This document shows positions 50,121-64,000 of a stretch of DNA of 64,000 nucleotides, piece after piece. The notes under the pieces were generated by a model, which was not told where the DNA came from, ran no database searches, and saw nothing but the letters and a program-made list of their open reading frames with translations. The position numbers and the translations under genes were made by a program. The stretch is from Octopus sinensis. Taxonomy: Eukaryota. The stretch is from NCBI RefSeq assembly GCF_006345805.1, contig NC_043010.1:58528001-58592000 (forward strand), written 5' to 3'. Position 1 is the stretch's first letter. Every line of letters begins with the position of its first letter.

Positions 50121-50970
50121 TAGCTGTATATGCATGTATTTATGTATATACATATATATATAGAGATCTGCATATGTCTGTGTATATATAAATGCAGTGT
50201 GTTTATCATCACATTAACAGGTAATCAATCTGGAGATTAACCAGTAATTACATTGGGGATATGTGTAAATATCAGTTGACTATTAGAAATTACTATATCA
50301 TCTGGTGGATTGAAGTGACTTGTTTAATACACATTATATTTGTATATATTACAATGCATAAAGATATGAAACTACACACACTCACACCAAACGTACGGTC
50401 CCACTCCACAATGTTTCAATATTGATATAAAGTAATGTAATTCTTTATAGAATTGGTGTGAATATCATTATGGAATGGTTAGCATTTCTCTCTCACTTCA
50501 TTTCTCTCTGTTCCTCTCTGTGAATGTATACATGCACGTGTATGTACGCAAGTTTATGTATCTGTGCCTCATCTTAAAAGGGAGTGTAAACAAATAATCA
50601 AACATTATTTGTATACATACATACATTCTTATTTATATATGTGTGTGTGTGTATTTTATTTGTTTAGCAATGCAGTGTTGATCACTCATTCACATTGGTC
50701 AATATTTACATATCTAGATATGGTTGTGTTTGTTTGTGTGTGTGTGTGTGTGTTTGAGAGTGTGGGCATGTGTGTGCGTATATGTGTATGTAACTGTGTG
50801 TACAGTGTATGTCAATGTATGAATATGTATGCTTGCATGTATACAGTGTGTGCGTGTTTGTGTGTGTATGTATGTATGTCTCCATGAAATGTTCCAGAAT
50901 GGTAAGATCCTGACAGAATATTCCAAAGTCTGTCTGTGTAACATTGCATTTCTGTGGCTGAGACATGCTT

Positions 50971-50994
50971 TTATTTTTTAATTCTTGTTGGTAA
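50971..50994 (-). CDS. Protocadherin E terminal coding micro-exon (LPTRIKK*)
   Basis: Identical to the D micro-exon and its acceptor. Confidence 0.85.
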   Translation of the reverse strand, partial: LPTRIKK

Positions 50995-51993
50995 CTGGAA
51001 AGGAAAAGAAAAAAAAACAGAAACAATTCAAGAGAACATTGAGAAAAACATGTTTGATCAAATGTATGACACTATTGTCTGAGAAAATTTATGAAGCATT
51101 TTGTCAGGTCAATGTATAACTTAAATTGTTTCTGACCAAATGCATGACCGATATAGTGACTGAGTAACGTATGACAGACCAGTTATAACTGACCAAGTGT
51201 ATGGGAGATATTATGTCTAACCAAATGTATGACATCATTACGTCTGACAAATATGACAGCCATTAAGTCTGGTCAGTGCATGAAATTAAGCCTGAACAGC
51301 ATACGAATGGTATTATGCTTGACCAGTTGTATGGTGGACAATATTCTTGACCAATACGAGTACATTCTCAATCTCATTGAGGCTCTAACACAGCCACTAA
51401 CAACACCTCCACTGCCATCATCACCGTCATCATCATCATAACCATCATCTTCACGTGACTGCTTTCCATCTTGTTATGGGGCTGAACAGGTCAACAAACA
51501 CCAAAACAGTTATTTTCAAGAGATTCCTCTAGTGTCAGTCGGGTCAAAAGTCCATATCTCTCAGAGAATTCTCAGTTCTTGTAAAGTTTGTATGATTGAA
51601 TACTCTTTATAGCAGCAACCACTTTGCAGGGTATATTGGGGGTGTTTCTGTCAGAGACCAACATTACAAAGATTCGTACGACTCAAACTCAAAGGAAGAA
51701 TTCTCTACACACCAAGTCCCTATTTACTTGAACTGGCACCAACAGGAATGGTGTTGCCAGAAGCCCTAAATATTGGAATGTCCCCAATCTTGTATATCCT
51801 AATTCTTTATTCACAGCTATGAAAATGTCGATGGCAGTAGACGGAACAGAGATAATAGGAGAACAAACGGGTTCCAAACATGTTAATTACATACATTCAT
51901 TAAAATATAAGATATACATTAATTACAAAAGATATCTGAAGAGTGATATGTCTATTAGAGAATTAAGGAAGAATTTCATAATCTCATACTTAC

Positions 51994-54410
51994 CAATATT
52001 GTATTGGGTGGACTCTTCTCCAGGGTACCCACGTTTGACCAATCAATCTGAGACTCATACTGCGGGTAGAAATCTTCCTTACATTCCACAAATGGCATGT
52101 TTCTATTATTCATCTCTGAAGAGTACCTCACTGGGGTACCAGGAATACTGCTGCTCTGACACGGTAAAGGTTGATCAATTCTGTTACATATAGCTGACCT
52201 ATTAACACCTTTCCTAGTGCTCTTGGCAGAGCGAGACTGACCACTGCTACATTTCACAATACACAGTGTGATCGACACTACAATCACCACAGCTACTATT
52301 ACAGCTGCTACTACAAGGATAATCAATAATGGTACGTCCAGTGTTCTGTTCTTCTCTAAGTGGACAGTCGGCATCGGTGCTGATGTCTTGTTAGTGACCC
52401 TTAATGACAAAGACACAGTAGTTGTGGCTGACAACACTGGGCTTCCAGAATCCTTGACCACAAGCACCAGTTCGTATGAGCCAGCATCGTTGAGATGAGG
52501 TGCACGCGAGAAAGACATTTGACCAGTTAAAGAGTTGAGTGTAAACAAGCGTTTATTGTTACCGTCAAGTATTCCATATTTGAGGAACGCATTTAAATGA
52601 CTGTCTCTGTCAGACGCTCTAATCACAGTGATGGCATTGGTACTTTGCGGGTGGTAGTGGACATTGATATGGAAAGGGTCAGTTGTAGGGTAGATGAAAT
52701 ACGGATTATTGTCGTTTCTGTCTAAAACCTCAACAACAACATTCGCTGTGTTATTCAACGACGGTTTACCATTGTCTTTGACAAAAACCTCAAACTTATA
52801 CATGTCTTCTTCTTCTCTGTCCAATGGTATGTTGCTGGTAATAAAACCATAATCACTCACCTGGAACGGTATGTTATTTCTGTCTTTACTCAACAGTGAG
52901 AACGTCAGTTGACCAGCACTTGCCAGGTCTGGGTCAGTGGCATTGATAAAACCTATAGGAAAGTTTGCTTTACCATTCTCATAGGTGAGGAAGTGGAATG
53001 TATCTTTGGTAAATTGCGGTTGCACATCATTCACATCCATTACTTGGATTGAGATCTTTCTCTCCGTCTTTAAAGCAGGGCTTCCATTGTCTTCACACAC
53101 AATTCTCATGTTAAAATGGTCTAATTTTTCTCTGTCAAGTGGTTTCTTCAGAGTAATCTTGTATTCCTTTGATCCTAAATGTGAGAGGACAACTTTATCA
53201 TGTTCTAATTTACAACTCACTTCTCCATTTGCTCCAACATCGTTGTCCACCACATTCACATAAGCTAGATAACTGCCCACTTTTGTTCCTTCGTAAATAG
53301 CTGCAGTGTCCTTCTTCAATTCAGACACAAAATCTATATCAATTTCAGGAGCATGGTTCTTTTCATTGAGAATATTCACCCGTACAATGGCAAAGGAATT
53401 TAAAGAAGGATTCCCTCCATCTTTCGCCTCAACATACATCTTGAGAATATTCTTTGTTTGTGATGTCAATGGTTTTTCTACAAATAATTCCCCAGTTTGT
53501 TGGTTCAGTCTGAAATACTGTCTTGTGCGTTCTGGTGTTTTTGAACTCAAAAAATAAGACACTTTACCATTATTGCCAGAATCTGGGTCTTTTGCAGACA
53601 ATGTCAAAATAGGGTTGTTGTTAGGATGTGTATTTTTGATAGAAATATTGTAAATATGTTTTGAAAAAACTGGTGAGTTATCATTCACATCAATTATTTT
53701 TATATGAACATGTAGAATTCCTTGTTTTGAAGGTTGCCCTCCATCATTAGCTATCACTTCTAGATTGTAACTATCTTGCATTTCTCTGTCTAGTTTGTCT
53801 CCAAGAATAATTCCTATCTTTGCCCCTCCAGTGATAGTTTTCCTCACAGACAATATAAATGGATCACTAAATTGTTTCTTCAATTTATATGTAACTTCTG
53901 AGTTTTCCATTCCAATATCTTTGTCAAAGGCTTCTGGAATCAATCCTTCAGCACCCTCCCCATCACGTTCACCAAATGTCAGATTTATCTCACTCTGAGG
54001 AAACTCAGGGCTGTGATCATTAATATCTTCTATAATTACTTTAATTTTAATGATTTTCAAAAATGTCTTCTTTTTACGTAAGGCAACTTTGATAAATCTA
54101 ACACATTCTGATTCGTATGTACACAGTTCTCAGCATCCAATGTTTGAGCCGTGTACAATTTACCATCTTGTGTGACATTAAACAAATGTGAATTTCCTGT
54201 CTTTGTCTCTGTATTGGTTGTATGTGATGAAGTTATTTCCCACAAGAGAGTCGTTTTTCCATCTGTGTGTCAGCAGCAATATCCCCAACAAAAGAAGGGA
54301 CTGCTTTCTTCTTCTACATGATAGCTTAGATCTACACAGACACAACTGTGTAGTAATAGATTGAGGACATTTGCAAGTAAGTATGTATTCCACACACAGC
54401 CTACTTCCAT
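51994..54410 (-). CDS. PCDH: Protocadherin E, large coding exon with 7 nt of small deletions in EC1 (probable consensus errors)
   Basis: Open from 54060 down to the donor at 51994. Relative to D, 7 nt are missing within ~54125-54295. ATG 54410, exon start 54443, length 2450. Confidence 0.85.
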
Positions 54411-55204
54411 CACAGAATGTTAAATCATATCTCGTGGTTTTATCTGAAATTAAAGAAGAAAATAGAATATTTTTATTGAAAAATTTCACTGAAAGTTTGA
54501 TGTTTTAGAAAGAATCTTTTCTTGAAATTGTTTAAAATTTCATGTGAATTATGTTAAAGTCGAAAGAAAGGAGTGAACATTTATGATATGTCTTAGTGTA
54601 TGTCATAGCATTGTTAAATAAATTTTGTCAAGAGAACCATTTCTGGATATCACAATGAAAGCAATTTTACTTATTACAAATAAAATGCTACATGCGTTTA
54701 CAAATGAATATAAAACCAACGATTTAATTTGTTTAAAAATAAAGAAAACAAGATGGTTGATGAGAATTTTGCACGAAATGGGAACGGGAGGTAACTGTAT
54801 TTATGGCACTTACAATGACTAATTGTCTCCCTTATTATTTTTTACATAACCTGGTGAGATGTGTTACAATATAATAATATGGTCTGGAAAATATAGAAAT
54901 CTCTTATGTCTTTCTATTAACTAACCTGTCCATGAAAATACAGAAAAGTGGATATGTTACTCTGGATGAGTTAATGACTATCTCTTCACTGTTAAGTTCA
55001 ACACCAACTTTTTATGATCATAATGCTGATATCTATCTATCTGTCTGTCTGTCTGTCCCTTCTCTTATGCTAAACTTCTTATTCCTTGAGAATTTATTCA
55101 AGCAAACCAGCTCTAACTTCCTTTCATCTCTTTCACTTGTGCTTGTCCCTCTCTCTTCATTTTGCGTTTCAACATTTGTCTATCAGGCTATGTATGTATG
55201 TATG

Positions 55205-55273
<69 letters not shown>

Positions 55274-55418
55274 CTCTTTCTATCTACCCCCTCCTCTCTC
55301 TCTCTTTTGCTTTCATCATTTCGATCATTCGATTTTTCTTTCTTACTGTATTTATTTAATTATCTATGTGTGTATGTATAAAAAGTTAGATAAGGAAATA
55401 GATACAGACACAGATGCG

Positions 55419-55462
<44 letters not shown>

Positions 55463-55699
55463 GTGTGTGTGATATATATATATATAATACACATATATAA
55501 TACACACATAAATATAAAGTTAATACTCCAGTTTCAAATAATGTTATCTAGGAATTTAAGTTATCAAAATTATTGCATCTTAATTATCATGGTATGTGAT
55601 ATCTTTTTCTTAATATTTGTCAATTTTATTTAACTTAAAAATGGACCTTCATTACAAACTAATCACAAGCTTCTTCTTGTCGTAGTTATCATCATCATC

Positions 55700-55990
55700 A
55701 TTATCATTATTGTTATTCATTTAATGTCCATTGTCCATGATAACGTGAGTTGTACAGTTTGATCTGGGCTGGGAAGCTGGAAGGCTGCACCAAACTCCAG
55801 TCTGATTTAACATGGTTTTCTATGGCTGGAGGCTCTTCCTAACGCCAACCACTCCGAGATTTTAAAGGATGCTTATATGTGCCAGTGCCATGGATGCCAT
55901 TTCTTTTACAACGGGGTTTGTTAACGTGCCACTGGCATGGGTGCCAATTCACGTGACACTGGTATCTGCCATGATAGTGATTTTGCTCAG
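55700..55990 (-). mobile_element. SINE / RTE-tail-type repeat
   Basis: Reverse-oriented ctgcaccaaactccagtctg..ttcctaacgccaaccactc motif shared with other copies. Confidence 0.55.
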
Positions 55991-56385
55991 ATTCTACTAC
56001 TACTACTACTACTTCTATCTCTCGTTTCTTCCCCCTCTCTCTCTGTAAATATACATACATACATAATAATAAGTTTATGCTTTATAGTGTCTTAAAGATA
56101 AATAATGTTGCTATATTTTTTTACCTAAGACATTGATTACTGTCGGTTAGTGCGATATTATGTAATATATGTTTGAATACTGAATTGCATAATAAGTAGG
56201 ATATATCAAATGGAGAATAATGTATTATGTATCGTTAAAATAATTTATTCTGGAGTTCAAGGGAAAATTTTAAATTCCTTTCAAGAAAAAAATACATTGA
56301 AATCTGTATTAAGACAAAAATTGATTAAAAATTTTCATGAGAATTTGTCAATAAAAATTCAGTCCAGAAATGAAAAAAATCTTAC

Positions 56386-56554
56386 CGAAAGTAGGAATGC
56401 TTCAACATCCAAATTAAAAGACAGGATTTCTTCAAGTTAATAACTTAAAGTCATCCCATTTTGGTGAGTACAGAAGAATCTGTCAGTTGTTCCCTGTATC
56501 CAATAGCAACATAGCTGGGCTTCAGTGTGTTGGTCCCTTCCAATAGGTGTGACA
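56386..56554 (-). other. Protocadherin E 5'-UTR exon 2
   Basis: Homologous 169-nt island with AG/GT boundaries. Confidence 0.7.
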
Positions 56555-57169
56555 CTAAAATATATTGAAAGATAACAACAATATTGTCTTCCATGTTATG
56601 GAAATAAGAGAGGGAGTGAGAGAGAGAGGAAGAGAGAAAGAAAGAGAGAACTAGCTTTTTAAATAATTGATTTGTATCAATTCCTTGACCATGATGTGTA
56701 GATGGGAGATGAAGGAGTTGGATGGTGAATGTTATGTACACAGTTGTATATTTAAATACATACATACGTACGTACATACGCACGTATGTATGTATGTCTA
56801 TGTATGTATGTGTAGTTTTGGATCTCTATGACATAATCATGTACAAAATATATACACTTTGTATTAAGCATTAAACAGAAAATATGCTTTCTATACTGCA
56901 AGCTATTCTGTGAATTTACACACTATAATACACAATAAACTCCAAATATACACTTTGGGACTCACAAAAAAATCTATATTTTCTGCAAGATTACAAAGGG
57001 TATATACGAAATTTGATCATCAAAAAACAACAGGAAAAAAAAAGGCTTCAACTAACAAGATTCCTCATCATTATATAGCCATGTTTAAAAATGTATACAC
57101 CAGTGATTATACACTACGTTAACAATATACAACGTATAGGTCATGCTGAAATGTTAATATATACACTGA

Positions 57170-57208
57170 ACAATATCTTAAACAATAAATACTGACAGAA
57201 CCAAACAC

Positions 57209-57270
<62 letters not shown>

Positions 57271-58260
57271 TGTACGTAAGAAAATTAATCACCAAATGAC
57301 TCTGTATCACAGCAAAATGTCTGCTGCTATTCACAATATACAACAATGTGTCTAACGAATGGCTATCATTAAATATTATTATTATTTTGAACATTACTAA
57401 TCCACACACACCACAGAAAAAAAAGATCCACTTGTATTTCTATGTCTTGTTGTCTTCACTTTGACACTAAAATATATTTTCCACAACAAATTGCTCACAC
57501 AATCCCTCAAACAACCATGTCTGACATCAGACGATATCTGCTACTCTGTGTTTATGATTGTTCATATGATAAAATTATTCGTTAAACCTGTTTCTATAAA
57601 TGTTATTTTATGAACATCATTTGAAAATACAGATATGATGATGAAAATGAATATAACAAATGAATGATATGAGAAAATATTGAGAAGTAAAATTAAATAG
57701 AAAGATATTTACAATGGGAATCTATAAAAGATAGTGTGATATGTTGAAGAGAAATATTAAGTAAGAAAATGGGTATATTGTTAAGTGTCTAGGAAATCTA
57801 CAAATGAAATAATCTGGCTAAAGAGAAGAGACGGAATGTTGTGAAGACAAAATGGAGATTTCCTGTGAGAAATGAGATTTGTGAGACAAAACTTTGCATC
57901 AATTTCACCTAACCAACAACATAGGAGATAAAACAATAACAATATTATAAACTCTATCAATATAGAACCAGAATATTTGTGAGATGACACTGGATTATTA
58001 AATAATCTAATAATAGTAATAATAATAATAATAGTTAGTATTTTCCCAGTGAAGTTGTATGTTGTGAGTAAAACATTTGCTGATATTTGTGGTGATATAG
58101 GGTGTTTCTCTGAATGTCCCTTTGGTTTTCTCTTGTCTCTTAATTTTTCACATGATTTAAAGAGGAAAGTGGGAAATGAAAGAAGATAGATGTAGATTAC
58201 CTCCATTGTATCATCCATAATCAGTGTGGCAGTGTGTGAGGGAGTGTCTAGTGGTGTGTC

Positions 58261-58292
<32 letters not shown>

Positions 58293-58500
58293 GTAGTAGA
58301 GATGTGGATCTCAGGCTGTAACTACTGCTGCTGTTGTTTCTGCTGCTGTAGTCTGCTGCACACACATACACACACACTGCTTCTACACACATACTGCAGT
58401 GATGTGTGTGTGTGTCATAAGAGCTGTGTATAGACTGTGTGCTGTGTAAATATACACAGTTTGTAGTTCTATGGTTTATAGTATAACAATGGAGTGTTGT
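57170..58500 (-). promoter_or_regulatory. Conserved exon 1 / intron 1 block of gene E (upstream part divergent)
   Basis: Matches the other blocks up to ~58500, then diverges; lacks the upstream element seen in A-D. Confidence 0.55.
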
Positions 58501-58550
58501 GCAATTGTTGTTGTAACAATCGGTTGTGTTGTGAAATGAGTGTGTTGTAT
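58201..58550 (-). other. Protocadherin E 5'-UTR exon 1 (5' end uncertain)
   Basis: ACAATGGAG|GTAATC donor, one base shorter than in paralogs, in a region with many 1-nt deletions. Confidence 0.5.
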
Positions 58551-58869
58551 ATAGATATACAAAATAGGATAATTATATGTGTTAATATAGGGTAGTTGAA
58601 TATAAATTTCAATATACATGTATTTGTGTGTATTTCTGTATGTATGTCTATATTTCTACTTGTATATATGGATGTACATACATAAATAAATCTAAATTCT
58701 GACCGAAACCTTTTGAGTGAAGTAGGCAAGTACAGACTCCTTCGTGTGTGGATGTGTGTGAAAGTGCTCAGATTTCCTCTCACACATAAGATATCAAGTG
58801 GTTACATAAATGTATTCACCTCTCATACCTCCTGACTTATTATGATTTATATAATTCCATATAAATATC

Positions 58870-58947
<78 letters not shown>

Positions 58948-59390
58948 TGTACACAATATGACATGCATATATATATATACATATATATATATATGAAACT
59001 TGTGTGTACATCTTGTAGTATGCTATTTAAAGCATGTTCACTGTCTTTGGCTATCTGATGTCAGCAACAGTTTGGTTATTAGTGCCACTGGATTTTCTTC
59101 AGGAATTCCTTTATCTCCATCCAGTATATAACAAATGAGAGAAGAGGAAAATAGAATTCATGAGATTTTTGTTAATCACAATAATGATTTCGACCAATCT
59201 TGCACTGGTCCTTTGAATCATGCGGTGCAGCAAATGATGTACCCCAACCAGTCATTCCAAATCTCACCAGCAAAGGACAAATGCAAAATGGGTTGAAATA
59301 TTTATTATGATTAATAAGCAATCTCGTGAATTCCATTTTCCCTTTGTGTCATTTGTAATATATATACACACACACGCACACACATGCACA

Positions 59391-60208
59391 CACACATTGG
59401 GGAGAATGGGTAAATTGTTGCTAATTTATATTTTTAATTTCACACATGCACATTGTTTGTTTCTAATTTTGTCAACTACACAGTATAGAAGGGTCAGCTG
59501 GGCACCGTCTTGTGAGAAAAACAGCACCATGACACAATTCACTCGGCCAGAAATTTGGAAACGACATGCTTTACTGCTTGGAAGTCATGCCAGAGGCTCC
59601 AGTATGGACATTTCAGAGTGTTTGGGTGTGAATCTGAGGACATGTACCAAGAGTGATAAAATCCAGCCAACATCATGGTGTTTGGAGTGATCACTAGTGA
59701 TGGTGACATTATGCCTCCAATCATCTTCCCACGTGTCTTCAGACTCAACACAGAGGCCGACATCAAGTTCCTGGAGGAGGGAGTGCTGTCCTGGGTCAAG
59801 AAGATGGTTGCACCATGCCACATAAGCAGAAGAACCCAGTCATGGCTGTCAGACAATTTCTGCAACCACACCACCCCTAACATCTGGCCACCTAACTCCC
59901 CAGACTGCAACCCCCTTGATTATTATGTGTGGGGCACAGTTGAGGGAGAGACCAAGTAAACTCCTTGTAACACCAAAGAAGAACTGAAGGCAAGGATTAT
60001 GGCAGCATTCACCAACTTAAACAAGGAGACCGTTCAGAAGAGCTGCAGGAGATTCCAGAGTCGTTTGGAGGCTGTGGTTGAAGCTAATGGCGATTTTATT
60101 GAATAAATTCAAGATCTTTTTATGTAATTTTGGTAAATATGTTAAAATGAGATATCAGTGTTATTTTCATTTTTGCATAATTTAGACAATATATTCACCA
60201 CACCCTGT
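59391..60208 (+). mobile_element. Tc1/mariner superfamily (maT/DD37D-like) transposase remnant
   Basis: MVFGVITSDG..WPPNSPDCNPLDYYVWG motif; degenerate inverted ends. Confidence 0.75.
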
Positions 60209-60814
60209 GTGTGTGTGTGTGAGCGCACGTGCATGGGTGTGTGGGTGTGTCTATCTCTATATATATTTATAAATTAGACAGAAAATAATGAGTTATATAT
60301 ATTTGTTCTTTTCTTATAGATTTAGAGCTGTTTCTGATATGTGTTTGGGTGCATTCGTGGTTCAGTCATTTGATTCATTGACTGAAAACATGGGGAACCC
60401 CTTAGCCCCAGCCATCTTCCTCAGAGCCAAAAAGACCAGTGTTTCACCTGGGTTACTAATCCATTATTAGTCCCTCTCTTTCAGTCTACATGCACACACA
60501 CACACACACATACATATATAAACATATGTATATAAACATACATATGTTCTGAACATGCACACATTAATCAACATATGTACATATATACATACACACATAC
60601 ATATTATGTAGTAATGTAGTGTGAACTTTGATAGAATATGGATTCAGAATTCTAGGGTGTATATTAGTGTGTGACCTACTGTAGTGTGTGTGTGTATGTG
60701 TGTGCATGTGCATGTGTGTGTGTTCATGGAATGTTCCAGAATGGTAAGATCTTGACAGAATATTCTCAAGTCTATTTGTGTAATAATATTTGTTTTTCTG
60801 GCAGTGATGTGGGT

Positions 60815-60838
60815 CTATTTCTTAATTCTTGTTGGTAA
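60815..60838 (-). CDS. Protocadherin F terminal coding micro-exon (LPTRIKK*)
   Basis: tttcttttcccattccag|TTA CCA ACA AGA ATT AAG AAA TAG. Confidence 0.85.
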   Translation of the reverse strand, partial: LPTRIKK

Positions 60839-60969
60839 CTGGAATGGGAAAAGAAACAATTTGACAACATTGAATAAAACTTGTTTGATCAAATGTACAA
60901 CAGACATTATGACAGACACTATGTCTGACCTCACATAATTTGTACTGGCCCCTCATTATAGGCCCCACA

Positions 60970-61190
60970 TATAGAGTGGCCCAAAGGTAGGTTTACAGTT
61001 ATTCAACAATCTCTTTTGCATTCATGTGTTAACAGTTTAGACCTTAATTATGAAGAAAAAATATGAACCCATTATTCTAAGCTAATTGAGTTAATTGTAA
61101 GATAAAAACTGAAATGTAATGAAATGTTTTAAAAGAAATTTAAAGTGCCTGAATGATAACTGTAAACCTACTTTTGGGCCGTCCTGTATA
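60970..61190. mobile_element. MITE (Tc1/mariner-like)
   Basis: Inverted ends ggcccaaaggtaggtttacagttat / ataactgtaaacctacttttgggcc with TA flanks; ~220 bp, non-coding. Confidence 0.75.
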
Positions 61191-62339
61191 TAACTTCATC
61201 AAATATCCATTCACAGTTGTACTTTCCAGATATCTGGATGGGTGGCATTGGGGGCTGAAGGTACAATGGCCTTCACAGAATTACCAATAAAACCACATTG
61301 AACTGGTTTTTAAAGACTCACACAAGAGCCACTGGTTCATAGATGTGCTATGTGTTCTCCTTACACATTCCATCTCCATGGCAACATCCTCTGCTCCTCT
61401 GAACTGTTTCTCACAAGAAATCCTCTCAGCATATCAACCAGGGAAACACTTCATTTCTCATCATGGCCTACTTTATAATTCTCTCATTCTCACTCCTGAC
61501 TCCACTTAAACACTTCACACAATCCTTCTTCCCCACTGTTAGTAACCTACAGGAATTCCATTCCTCCTTATATTCCATTTCTAACATCAGCAACCAGAAC
61601 AAGTCGAGGCTAAACATCAACTAAATTGGTCCTAACCTGCTGGCACCAGTCTACAAGACACACAGTTATTACCTCTTTATGTGTCGTTAATTATTTAATT
61701 AAAGAAATCTTACAAATTATGGCCTGTCTCAAGGTTCTGGATTTGATCCCTATCTTTCATCGGGTCTCTAAGAGATCCCTATATTTAATGGGGTCTGTAA
61801 GAGGAAGTAAAAAGGAGTATAATCCTTTGTAGAGGAGAACAGAGACTGAGTGTATTGTTGATGTTGCTGTTGTTGGTATTTAACCCCAGGCCAGCCTCAC
61901 TGAGCAGCTCAGTAATTAAAAGCTGTCACATATTGACGATTCCATATTCATATATGTCAAGGAATGTACGGTCAGGTATGTCCTTCACTTTAAAGTGTGG
62001 TTTGCAAGAATTTGTGAGCTATTTTCAGCATTTTGAATGACAGGTGTAGAGTCTTGCTGAAACTCTGTGGCTGAAGATCGTGGGAGTTAACATAATTCCA
62101 ATGATGAGGACAGCTGAGATGATGAGGATGACAAAAAGTGATGACATTACCAGCACTGCCACAATGTCAACAATGATGATCAGGAGGGGGAGGATTATGC
62201 AAAAAGAATAAATCTGATTGGATATAGACCCATAAACAGAGTCGGGAGGGTGGATGGGTGGAATAATGGAGAGAGGTAGGAAGATAGACAGAGAGACAGA
62301 CAGGTGTACAGGTAGAGACAAAGACAAACAGAATGATGA

Positions 62340-62351
62340 GTAGATAGATAT

Positions 62352-62410
<59 letters not shown>

Positions 62411-62520
62411 ACAGACAGATAGATGGCTAGGAAGACAGACAAGAGACAGGAAGAATGCAGACAGATAGGTAACTAGATAGATTGATAGATGGAGACAGAC
62501 AGATTGGCAGATAGATTATA
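62340..62520. repeat. (GATA)n/(GACA)n tract at the start of gene F last intron
   Basis: Directly visible; similar tracts at 2690-2740, 55208-55272 and 58870-58935. Confidence 0.9.
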
Positions 62521-62530
62521 AGTAACTTAC

Positions 62531-64000
62531 CAATATTGTATTGGGTGGACTCTTCTCCAGGGTACCCACGTTTGACCAATCAATCTGAGACTCATACTGC
62601 GGGTAGAAATCTTCCTTACATTCCACAAATGGCATGTTTCTATTATTCATCTCTGAAGAGTACCTCACTGGGGTACCAGGAATACTGCTGCTCTGACACG
62701 GTAAAGGTTGATCAATTCTGTTACATATAGCTGACCTATTAACACCTTTCCTAGTGCTCTTGGCAGAGCGAGACTGACCACTGCTACATTTCACAATACA
62801 CAGTGTGATCGACACTACAATCACCACAGCTACTATTACAGCTGCTACTACAAGGATAATCAATAATGGTACGTCCAGTGTTCTGTTCTTCTCTAAGTGG
62901 ACAGTCGGCATCGGTGCTGATGTCTTGTTAGTGACCCTTAATGACAAAGACACAGTAGTTGTGGCTGACAACACTGGGCTTCCAGAATCCTTGACCACAA
63001 GCACCAGTGCGTATGAGCCAGCATCGTTGAGATGAGGTGCACGCGAGAAAGACATTTGACCAGTTAAAGAGTTGAGTGTAAACAAGCGTTTATTGTTACC
63101 GTCAAGTATTCCATATTTGAGGAACGCATTTAAATGACTGTCTCTGTCAGACGCTCTAATCACAGTGATGGCATTGGTACTTTGCGGGTGGTAGTGGACA
63201 TTGATATGGAAAGGGTCAGTTGTAGGGTAGATGAAATACGGATTATTGTCGTTTCTGTCTAAAACCTCAACAACAACATTCGCTGTGTTATTCAACGACG
63301 GTTTACCATTGTCTTTGACAAAAACCTCAAACTTATACATGTCTTCTTCTTCTCTGTCCAATGGTATGTTGCTGGTAATAAAACCATAATCACTCACCTG
63401 GAACGGTATGTTATTTCTGTCTTTACTCAACAGTGAGAACGTCAGTTGACCAGCACTTGCCAGGTCTGGGTCAGTGGCATTGATAAAACCTATAGGAAAG
63501 TTTGCTTTACCATTCTCATAGGTGAGGAAGTGGAATGTATCTTTGGTAAATTGCGGTTGCACATCATTCACATCCATTACTTGGATTGAGATCTTTCTCT
63601 CCGTCTTTAAAGCAGGGCTTCCATTGTCTTCACACACAATTCTCATGTTGAAATGGTCTAATGTTTCTCTGTCAAGTGGTTTCTTCAGAGTAATCTTGTA
63701 TTCCTTTGATCCTAAATGTGAGAGGACAACTTTATCATGTTCTAATTTACAACTCACTTCTCCATTCGCTCCAAAATCATTGTCCACCACATTCACATAA
63801 GCAAGAAAACTGCCCACTTTAGTTCCTTCGTAAATCGCTGCAGTGTCCTTCTTCAATTCAGACACAAAATTGATCCCTATTTTGGGAGGATGGTTCTTTT
63901 CATTGAGAATATTCACTCGTACAATGGCAAAGGAATTTAAAGAAGGATTCCCTCCATCTTTCGCCTCCACATACATCTTGAGAATATTCTTTGTTTGTGA
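62531..64000 (-). CDS. PCDH: Protocadherin F, 3' part of large coding exon (end of EC3 to tail; 5' part outside window)
   Basis: ORF 62516..63976 is homologous to the other copies and open to the window edge; donor ATATTG|GTAAGT at 62531. Confidence 0.93.

Overview
AT-rich, microsatellite- and transposon-rich animal DNA. Gene content and repeat style point to a coleoid cephalopod, probably Octopus (inference). The window holds a head-to-tail, minus-strand tandem array of six closely related protocadherin genes, named A-F here from left to right; F is truncated at the window edge. Comparing the copies gives a repeated four-exon gene model: non-coding exon 1 within a highly conserved promoter/intron block, a 168-171 nt non-coding exon 2, a 2457-nt exon (signal peptide, 6 cadherin repeats, TM, most of the tail), and a private terminal exon whose coding part is 24 nt (LPTRIKK*). 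The ORF track misses this terminal exon. Its coding part differs between copies only at synonymous positions. The ectodomains are mosaics of shared sequence cassettes in EC1-EC4 (the four-gamete test fails), while EC5 to the tail is about 99% homogenised. The EC3-EC4 calcium linker is degenerate in every copy where it is visible. Copies C and E carry frameshifts that may be consensus errors. Introns contain mariner/Tc1, RTE, CR1 and RLE-type LINE relics and SINEs. All alignments were done by eye; TE and repeat boundaries are approximate.
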